A stretch of 14,740 bases of DNA from a bacterium (GTDB lineage: Bacteria; RBG-13-61-14; DATKZS01), in the NCBI GenBank assembly GCA_046484135.1, contig JAWOBU010000100.1, positions 1 through 14,740 of the forward strand, in the 5' to 3' direction. The notes beneath the pieces are model-generated. The model saw only the letters and a list, made by a program, of their open reading frames with translations. It was not told the origin of the DNA and ran no database searches. Positions within the stretch are counted from its first letter, which is position 1. The number at the start of each line of letters is the position of its first letter. The position numbers and the translations under genes were made by a program. Of the stretch, positions 8,133 through 14,740 are shown piece after piece.

Positions 8133-9518
8133 TCAGGAGGAATCAGCTATCATGAGCTTTTTCATCTTCCGGTAAAGGGTGGTCTTGTGGATGCCGAGCT
8201 GCCGGGCCGCCCGTGCGCGGTTACCATTGTTGTCCTCGAGCGCTTTCTTGATAAGGCGGACCTCCATGTTCTCTATGGTGGTTTCCTGCGGCATGGAAGA
8301 ACCATCTTTTTCTTTTGCCGATACCGCGAGAGTCAACAGATAGGCGGGAAGGTAATCACTGGTTATGTTTCCTACCGGGCAGAGCACGCAGGCGTGCTCC
8401 ATGATGTTCTCCAGCTCCCGGATGTTGCCGGGATATTGGTAGTTCATGAGGATGTTCATGGCCTCGCCGGAGATACCGGTGATTTCCTTACCCGAGATCC
8501 GGTTGTTCTTTTTGATAAACTGTTCAGCCAGTAAAGGTATGTCTTCCTTCCTCTCCCGCAGTGGAGGCAGGTCTATTTTTATCACGTTGATCCGGTAATA
8601 CAGATCTTCCCGGAACTTTCCTTCCCTGGTGAGCTTCTCCAGGTCGTGGTTGGTCGCCACGATAAAACGCGCATCCGCGTGCGACGACTTCGTGCTTCCC
8701 AAAGGCTCATAGGTCTTCTCCTCCAGGACCCGCAGAATCTTGGCCTGCATGGAAACGGAGATGTCCCCGATCTCGTCCAGGAACAAAGAGCCCTGGTCAG
8801 CAAGGGCGAAGCGGCCCGCCTTGGCCTTGTCCGCGCCGGTAAAAGCTCCTTTTTCATACCCGAACAGCTCTGACTCGAGCAGCGTATCCGGCAGGGCCGA
8901 GCAGTTTACCGCTATGAGAGGTTTGTCGCGCCTGAGGCTCAGGTTATGGAGTGCCCGGGCCATGAGCTCCTTGCCGGTTCCGGACTCCCCCTGGATAAGC
9001 ACCGTGGACTCGCTCCGGGCGATAGTGGGGAGCACATCGAATATCTTTTTCATGTTGGGGCTCTTGGAGATGATGTCCTGAAAGGAGTGTTCCTTTTTGA
9101 GCTCCTTTCTGAGCTCCTCCACCAAAGAGAGGTCCCGGAAGGTTTCCACCCCTCCGATAACATTGCCCTCATCGTCGCGCATAAGAGAAGAAGAGATGCT
9201 CACCGGAATGGTGCCCTCGTTGGCGCTCTGGATGGTTATGGCGAGATCCACCAGGGGGGTACCTGTCTCCATGGTGAAACGAAGAGCACAAGCGGTCTGG
9301 CAGATGTTCGCCTTTAATACCTCGTAGCAGTGCCGGCCAATGGCCTCCTCCCGCGGGACGCCCGTGATCTCCGACGCTGACCGGTTGAAGCAGTTGATCC
9401 GGAAGTCCCGGTCTACTGTAAACACCCCGTCGGCGATGCTGTTGATAACGATCTCGAACCTTTCCGGCGAAAGGTCCTCCAGGCATAACTTCGGTGTTGT
9501 TCGTTTGAACTCGTCCAT
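8133..9518 (-). CDS. PAS-domain sigma-54-dependent transcriptional activator (PAS-AAA+-Fis HTH), OrpR-like Cys motif
   Basis: PAS (NSIADGVFTVD...FNRSASEITG) containing CYEVLKANICQTAC; Walker A GESGTGKE; ESELFG, GAFTGA, LFLDEIG, FREDLYYRINV, YPGNIRELEN; C-terminal HTH AARQLGIHKTTLYRK. Confidence 0.96.
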   Translation of the reverse strand: MDEFKRTTPKLCLEDLSPERFEIVINSIADGVFTVDRDFRINCFNRSASEITGVPREEAIGRHCYEVLKANICQTACALRFTMETGTPLVDLAITIQSANEGTIPVSISSSLMRDDEGNVIGGVETFRDLSLVEELRKELKKEHSFQDIISKSPNMKKIFDVLPTIARSESTVLIQGESGTGKELMARALHNLSLRRDKPLIAVNCSALPDTLLESELFGYEKGAFTGADKAKAGRFALADQGSLFLDEIGDISVSMQAKILRVLEEKTYEPLGSTKSSHADARFIVATNHDLEKLTREGKFREDLYYRINVIKIDLPPLRERKEDIPLLAEQFIKKNNRISGKEITGISGEAMNILMNYQYPGNIRELENIMEHACVLCPVGNITSDYLPAYLLTLAVSAKEKDGSSMPQETTIENMEVRLIKKALEDNNGNRARAARQLGIHKTTLYRKMKKLMIADSS

Positions 9519-9680
9519 TAATGTTATGGTTATAACAAATAGAAAGGTTTTTCAAGGTGGAAGCGATTTTCTAAAACTATAGAAATCCACGTGCTTTTCG
9601 ACCGTGATCACTACGTCTCCGTGTCCGTGCGCATAACACCCGCCAAAGAGCACCAGTTAAAAACAGCACGAATGTTTAAC

Positions 9681-9905
9681 TTAACCCGCGGAACCTGTCC
9701 ATGAGCTAAGATAAAGCTTCGGGCATCGCAGGCAGGGCAGCGGGTTTCGTAAAAGGAGTTTCTGAAAACGATATAAAGATAAAATGCTTTGCCAGGCGTT
9801 TGGTGGTCCAGTAAAGGACCGCAAGCAGAATTTCCCCCCGGATGATGAAATAGGCTTTTGCCGGCCGGCTGAGCCCGAGGCCGATAAAAACTTCCTCCTG
9901 TCCAT
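9681..9905 (-). pseudogene. Possible remnant of a Tat-exported protein gene (signal-peptide start only)
   Basis: RBS GGAG 6 nt before the ATG; MDRRKFLSASG fits the twin-arginine motif, but there is no hydrophobic h-region or recognisable domain afterwards. Confidence 0.35.
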
Positions 9906-9927
9906 GGCATTCTCCATTAGATTCAGC

Positions 9928-11481
9928 CTAGACGCACATAAAAGCGAGAGGCCTTGTTGATTTTTTGCGCTCCGGGCTTTTCCCGGGTTCGAGCCGGGAA
10001 GTTTCGCAGCCGAGGCCTTGCAGGATGGCTTGGGCGCGGGATAGAGCCTGGCCTTCGCCGGGATCGGTGCATATGATTGAAAATCCGACGCCGAGTCCGG
10101 CCGTGGTCTGTAGTTCCTGGACCTGGCGGAGTAGCGAATCCTTGTCCGTGATCAGGATGACGTTCTTGTCGGGCTTTCCGATCTTGGCGCCGATGGCGAA
10201 CGGGAGCCCGACGCCGGACATGTCGCGGGTGTTCATGATGTAAAGCCCGACGTAATTCGCATCTTGCAGGAAGGCGTTCGCGGCCCGGCCCGGCTCGCCG
10301 CCGTCCACCACCACGATGTCATTGCCGGAGAGCGAGGGAGCGACGCCCTTGAATATGGAAGCATAACCGGGCATGGTTACCGCCAGTTCTTTGGAGAGGC
10401 TCGCGCCGGTCTGCTGCATCCGTTCGAGCCAGGCGCTCCATTTATTGCTGTCAACCTCGATGGTTTTTGTCAGCGCGGACAGGAATGACACCGGGTCTGC
10501 GTTGACGCCGATGTGGTCCCGCTCCCCGGTAAGCAGCGCTGACGGGTCAACCTCGACCTGGACCAGGGTCTTTTGTTCATAGTTGAATTTATCCAGGGCT
10601 TCCTTCACTTGGTCGTCAAGGCCGATGATCATGATCAAGTCCGCTTCTTGCAATGCCTGCAAGCCCCGATCGCTTTCGGTAAACAGGCCGAGTGCCCCGG
10701 CATGATACTCGTCCTTCCCGTTCATGATACCGGAACTGGTGTCGCTAAGGAGCACCGGGGCACCTAGTTTGTTCAGCATTTCTCTAAGCGCAGGATAACG
10801 GCCCGGCCTGCCCATGCCCTGGCCGACAACGACTAAAGGCTTTTCATTGCGGGAGAAGGCTTCACCGGCCTTTTCTATATGATCTTTCGGCCCCGGCAGA
10901 GAACCGGCAAAACGGGTGTGCGCCGCCGGCGGCATGATCTTTTTGCGCTTTTTATCGTCCAGCTTTCCGGTCTTGAACAGCACGTCCACCGGGATGTCCA
11001 GGTGCACCGGCCCGGGGGCGTTGGCTAAGGCCTCCCGGAGCGCCCGGTTAGTGAGCTCGGGGATTCGTTTCCAATGATAGACGATGGCGTTCCACTTGGT
11101 GACAGGCTCGAAGATCCCGTCCTGGTTGAGGCCCTGCAGGTTCTCCTGGTGCGGTTTCATTTTCCAGCTTTGCACCTGGGGCGCGATGGATATGACCGGA
11201 AGGTAGCCGTACCATGCGGCCATGAGACCGGCCACCTCGTACACCACGCCCGCGCCCACCGTGCACATGGACACGCTGGGCAGACCCGTGACCGCGGTGC
11301 AGCCCGCGGCCATCATGGGCGCCGCGGCCTCGTTGCGCAGGGTGACCAGCTCCATATCCGCCCGATAGCTGATGGCATCGTACACCGAGCACATCTGCCC
11401 GCCGATGATGGAGAAGATGTGCCGCACCCCGTGGTCCCGCAGGGTCTCAACCAGCAATTCGCCGCCGGTCATTTTCGTCAT
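9928..11481 (-). CDS. Thiamine diphosphate-binding protein (acetolactate synthase large-subunit superfamily) with a degenerate C-terminal ThDP motif
   Basis: MTKMTGGELLVETLRDHGVRHIF, RNEAAA (catalytic Glu), PVTKWN, PGPVHLDIPVDV, MSGVGLPFAIGAK. RBS GAGGA before ATG 11481 places the true start here, not at 11892. Confidence 0.88.
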   Translation of the reverse strand: MTKMTGGELLVETLRDHGVRHIFSIIGGQMCSVYDAISYRADMELVTLRNEAAAPMMAAGCTAVTGLPSVSMCTVGAGVVYEVAGLMAAWYGYLPVISIAPQVQSWKMKPHQENLQGLNQDGIFEPVTKWNAIVYHWKRIPELTNRALREALANAPGPVHLDIPVDVLFKTGKLDDKKRKKIMPPAAHTRFAGSLPGPKDHIEKAGEAFSRNEKPLVVVGQGMGRPGRYPALREMLNKLGAPVLLSDTSSGIMNGKDEYHAGALGLFTESDRGLQALQEADLIMIIGLDDQVKEALDKFNYEQKTLVQVEVDPSALLTGERDHIGVNADPVSFLSALTKTIEVDSNKWSAWLERMQQTGASLSKELAVTMPGYASIFKGVAPSLSGNDIVVVDGGEPGRAANAFLQDANYVGLYIMNTRDMSGVGLPFAIGAKIGKPDKNVILITDKDSLLRQVQELQTTAGLGVGFSIICTDPGEGQALSRAQAILQGLGCETSRLEPGKSPERKKSTRPLAFMCV

Positions 11482-11498
11482 TACTTCATTCCTCGCTG

Positions 11499-11747
11499 TC
11501 AGGAGAAGAAGCTTTTCCGGATGTAAGCCATCTTGTTCTTTGCCCGCAGCCACCCGTCGCTCCTGCTCTTCCAGAGTCCGAGCAGGGAGTTCCGCCTGCT
11601 CACCTCCACCCCGCCGAACTCGACCATGGCGAACGAGATCAACGAGTCCGGGTAATTGGTCTTGTCGGTTACCACGTCCAGCAGAGCCGGACCACCCGAG
11701 TCCCGCGCCCGCTCGTATGCCGGCACAATGTCGTCCGCCCTGGTCGT
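11499..11747 (-). pseudogene. 3' remnant of a second ThDP-binding protein gene (5'-truncated)
   Basis: TRADDIVPAYERARDSGGPALLDVVTD is the typical C-terminus of ALS-family enzymes. An in-frame TAA lies a few codons upstream. Its stop is 17 nt before the next ThDP gene. Confidence 0.75.
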
Positions 11748-11853
11748 TGAATGATCTCTTCTCGAATCTTAGGCGATTTTCCATGATCCCGCTGTCCTGC
11801 CAATCAACCTTGACTGAGTAGTATTTGAGCTCGTTAAGCTTGAAAATTGGCAC

Positions 11854-11891
11854 TTGACAAAGAAAATAGTTTGTGTTAACCATAATTAACA
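11854..11891 (+). promoter_or_regulatory. Candidate sigma-70 promoter region with palindromic operator
   Basis: TTGACA at 11854-11859. Inverted repeat TGTTAA-N6-TTAACA at 11874-11891 covers the expected -10 position; the -10 match itself is imperfect. Confidence 0.45.
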
Positions 11892-11902
11892 TTAAGCTGC
11901 CA

Positions 11903-11995
11903 GTAAATTATTACAGGATCAATGGCAAGGCCCCCAACAAGCGGATACTAAGGGCTGCCCGGCAAGTTTTCGCTGAGGACCACTGTAGGGGCGCC
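11903..11995 (+). pseudogene. Decayed copy of the 5' part of the downstream tetR gene
   Basis: Ungapped 93-nt match to 13263-13355, 66/93 nt identical by hand count; VNYYRINGKAPNKRILRAARQVFAEDHCRGA vs VSYQRMDGKDRKQQILLVARHVFAEENFYGA. Confidence 0.8.
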
Positions 11996-12043
11996 ATAAA
12001 AAAAGTAATAAATTTGGTGAAATAGAGAAAGGAAAATAACGAC

Positions 12044-13204
12044 ATGGCCATGACTTCCGAGGAACGCCTGCAGACGGTGATCAAATGCGAAAAGCCCGAC
12101 CGGGTCCCGGTGGCGCCGATGATCTATTACTTCGCGGCCTTTTACGCGAGGATCACGGTGCACGAGTTGTGGTCGGACTGGAAAAAGTACGAGATGGCAA
12201 TTCAGAAATGCTATAACGAACTTGGTCCGTGGGACGTGTATTACAACATCTGTCCGACCTCGCCCGAGGCCTACCAGGCCTGCCTGCTCATGAAGGTCAA
12301 GTACCCCGGCTTAGACCTCGAGCCCGACAACATCTGCCAGTTCGAAGAGTACGAGATGATGACCCCCGAGGATTACGACTGGGTGCTGGATTTCAAGGGC
12401 ATTGAAGCGACACTGTTCGCCGAGCACACGACCCATATCCTGGAAAAGTTCCTGACCGGGTATGAGAACATGACTCGGGCAAAGCAGCTAAAAATTTTCT
12501 ACAAGGTAGTGGAGAACTTCGTGAAGTGGCGTATCCACAACCGCTGGTGGAAAGACAGGGACGTGGCCATACTTTCGGGGACCCAGTCGGAAACCCCCTT
12601 CGATCAGTTCTCCATGTCACGATCGATGCAGCCTTTCACCTATGATCTTTACGACCGTCCGGAAAAGGTAAAAGCGGCCTCGCTCAGGCTTGCCAGGCCC
12701 TTTGCCCTTACCCATTACCTGCACACCAAAATCTCTGGCGTGCCCAGGATGTTGGTCTACGTACACCGTTCGAGCACGGACTTCTTGTCGCCCAAGATTT
12801 TCGAGGAAATCTCTCTGCCCTCACTCCAAATCATCTGCGAAACCTTGATTGAGAGAGGGATTACGCCAATCCTCCACTGCGACGGCAACTGGGACAAGAA
12901 CCTCAAGCACCTGCGCAGGCTGCCCGCAAAAAAATGCATCATCCAGTTCGACGGGCCCACCGACATGTTCCGGGCCAAGGAAGAGATCGGCGACATGCAC
13001 TGCCTTTTCGGAGACGTTAACGCCTACGACCTTGTGATGGGCAGTCCGGCCCAGATCGACGAATACTGCCACCGCCTGATAGAAGAGCTCGGCAAAGGCG
13101 GCGGCTTTATTTTGGCCGCGGGCTGCGAAGTCCCGCCCAACGCCAAGCCGGAGAATGTGAAAGCCATGATAGATGCCCCACGAAAATACGCGGCCCCGGA
13201 TTGA
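12044..13204 (+). CDS. Uroporphyrinogen decarboxylase-superfamily protein (MtaA/CmuA-like corrinoid methyltransferase type)
   Basis: MTSEER...KPDRVPVAP start, PFD...SRS, FLSPKIFEE, ILHCDG, CLFGDV, GGGFILAAGCEVPPNAKPENVKAM end; RBS AAAGGA. Confidence 0.88.
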   Translation: MAMTSEERLQTVIKCEKPDRVPVAPMIYYFAAFYARITVHELWSDWKKYEMAIQKCYNELGPWDVYYNICPTSPEAYQACLLMKVKYPGLDLEPDNICQFEEYEMMTPEDYDWVLDFKGIEATLFAEHTTHILEKFLTGYENMTRAKQLKIFYKVVENFVKWRIHNRWWKDRDVAILSGTQSETPFDQFSMSRSMQPFTYDLYDRPEKVKAASLRLARPFALTHYLHTKISGVPRMLVYVHRSSTDFLSPKIFEEISLPSLQIICETLIERGITPILHCDGNWDKNLKHLRRLPAKKCIIQFDGPTDMFRAKEEIGDMHCLFGDVNAYDLVMGSPAQIDEYCHRLIEELGKGGGFILAAGCEVPPNAKPENVKAMIDAPRKYAAPD

Positions 13205-13241
13205 TCCGCCCGGAAATCAGGAAGTAACAAGGAGATATTTA

Positions 13242-13856
13242 ATGAGCAAAGCAGTTAAAAAAGTCAGTTATCAAAGGATGGACGGCAAGGACCGGAAGCA
13301 GCAGATACTACTGGTTGCCCGCCATGTTTTTGCCGAGGAGAACTTTTACGGAGCCACCATTGCCAAAATCGCGCGCGCGGCCGACGTGACCGAGCCGACC
13401 ATATATCTATATTTTAAAAACAAACGGGATTTATTCATGGCGGTGGTAGAGGATTGCGCGTCCTTTCAATTAACCGCGATGAAACATATTATTGACAACG
13501 CCGACGATTTGAGACAGGCCTACCTCGATCTTTTCAATGAATATCGAAAATTTATCACCGAGACCCCGGAGGCGGACAGAGTGCTGGACATGGCCAGGAT
13601 TATCAATGATCCGGAAATAAAAGTCATCACTCGAAAATTCAACACCGATGTTCACAATACCGTTGCGGGAAAAATACAAAAGGGAATGGACGCGAAAATT
13701 ATCAGGGACGACGTGGACCCGCGGGTGTTGGCGAGAATATTAATGGGAGTGGTCGGGGCCATGCGAACAATGCTGGTGGTGGAATCGGATGAAGACGTGG
13801 ACTCACTGTTCATGGAAGCGGTTGAGCTTCTTGAAAAGGTGAATGTACGAGATTGA
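13242..13856 (+). CDS. TetR/AcrR family transcriptional regulator
   Basis: RKQQILLVARHVFAE...ATIAKIARAADVTEPTIYLYFKNKRDLF HTH. RBS AAGGAG before ATG 13242, so the ORF-track start at 13173 is too early. Confidence 0.95.
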   Translation: MSKAVKKVSYQRMDGKDRKQQILLVARHVFAEENFYGATIAKIARAADVTEPTIYLYFKNKRDLFMAVVEDCASFQLTAMKHIIDNADDLRQAYLDLFNEYRKFITETPEADRVLDMARIINDPEIKVITRKFNTDVHNTVAGKIQKGMDAKIIRDDVDPRVLARILMGVVGAMRTMLVVESDEDVDSLFMEAVELLEKVNVRD

Positions 13857-13913
13857 CAGGTCAAAGTTCTGTTTTGAAAAGCTTGCAATAAATTTCAAAC
13901 AGGAGGATTGATA

Positions 13914-14740
13914 ATGGCGGCAAAAAGAAATATTTCAGAGCAAGACATCTTCCTGAAGGCCCGCATGTTGTCAGAGGGAGTGCATATGACTGACATGGAC
14001 CTGCTAAGAGCATTCAAAGACAATTCACAATATGGGTTGAGGCCCTTTGTCCTGGACGAATCCGGGATGCAGGCGGCCCTGTGGCCCAACAAATTCTCCC
14101 GCCTTGAGGCGACCCTTGATGGAGAAAAGGCCACCGTTTCAGATTCGGATGAAGTTCTTGGCGTCGGACACCTGTTGGAATTCCCCGCTTGGCTCGACGA
14201 GCCGGTGAGCAACGGCCAACCCGCGCTGTCCGCCATCAATTATTATTCGCCTAACGTCATCAACTGCCAGATAAATAATTTCTGTTATAACTGGGGAAGA
14301 GGAAAGCAATGCAGGTACTGCAGCCTGTTCGAGCCGGCCGCCGCGGAATTCACTCATGAAAAAAGAAAGGAACTCGCGGCGCTGCGGGCTGAAACCGTGA
14401 AGATAGCGGTCGATAACGGGTGGCACGGAGTGCTTATCGTAGGCGGCGGTCAGTTGCCACCGGACAGGAGAACGGAAGTGGTGGACCGGATCGAGATGTT
14501 CCTCACGCCGATTCGGGAGGCCCTGGGCGAAGAGGCTTTCTCCCGGATTGCCAGGGTGGTTAATAACTATCCGCCAAAAGACCTTGCCGAAATGGACAAG
14601 TGGAAAGAACTGGGGATCAACGGGACGTCCTTTGACGTCGAGATCATGGACCCGGCCTTTTACGCCGCCATCTGCCCGGGCAAGGCCGACTATGCGCCTC
14701 ACGAGTTCTGGATGGAAGCGCAAAACGCATCGGCCGAGAT
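13914..14740 (+). CDS. Radical SAM protein with non-canonical CX8CX2C motif (partial, runs off the window end)
   Basis: RBS AGGAGG; open frame MAAKRNISEQDIFLKARMLSEG... to the window end; CYNWGRGKQCRYC (14283-14321), IVGGG, GINGTSFDVEIMDPAFYAAICPGKA. Confidence 0.88.
   Translation, partial: MAAKRNISEQDIFLKARMLSEGVHMTDMDLLRAFKDNSQYGLRPFVLDESGMQAALWPNKFSRLEATLDGEKATVSDSDEVLGVGHLLEFPAWLDEPVSNGQPALSAINYYSPNVINCQINNFCYNWGRGKQCRYCSLFEPAAAEFTHEKRKELAALRAETVKIAVDNGWHGVLIVGGGQLPPDRRTEVVDRIEMFLTPIREALGEEAFSRIARVVNNYPPKDLAEMDKWKELGINGTSFDVEIMDPAFYAAICPGKADYAPHEFWMEAQNASAE

Noticed and set aside
11847..11863. TTGGCAC as a third sigma-54 promoter
   Set aside because: No GC at the -12 position.
11482..11892. 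137-aa N-terminal extension of the ThDP ORF in the track
   Set aside because: It overlaps the ThDP remnant in another frame and the divergent promoter; family homology and RBS start at 11481.
11903..13355. Repeat pair as a diversity-generating retroelement TR/VR
   Set aside because: Mismatches are not adenine-specific, are biased to third codon positions, and there is no reverse transcriptase in the window.
13853..13899. TTGAC-AG-GTCAA palindrome and TTTGAAA/TTTCAAA repeat between tetR and the radical SAM gene
   Set aside because: Short, overlaps the stop codon, has no properly spaced -10 and does not match the upstream palindrome; could be chance.
13895..14723. Minus-strand ORFs of 114 and 194 aa
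   Set aside because: Antisense shadows of the radical SAM gene.

Overview
GC-rich genomic DNA from an anaerobe; the gene content is Deltaproteobacteria/Desulfobacterota-like (inference). The left two-thirds (minus strand) looks like one sigma-54 redox regulon. A PAS-AAA+-HTH activator with a C-X8-C-X3-C PAS motif (OrpR-like) sits upstream of two sigma-54 promoters. One promoter, with an IHF site and tandem palindromes, drives an unannotated 57-aa Cys-containing protein, a 16-bp stem-loop and an OYE-family Fe-S flavoenzyme. The other drives an SxxC-thioredoxin/pseudo-receiver fusion, an HdrD-like CCG protein and an HdrL-type HdrA whose C-terminal ferredoxin domain is cut off at about position 104. 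The middle holds a ThDP-enzyme homolog with a degenerate GDG motif, flanked by two apparent gene remnants. The right part (plus strand) is a URO-D/MtaA-like gene, a TetR regulator and a partial radical SAM gene with a CX8CX2C motif. The URO-D leader carries a 93-nt decayed copy of the start of the downstream tetR gene. I saw no RNA genes, CRISPR arrays or recognisable transposase.
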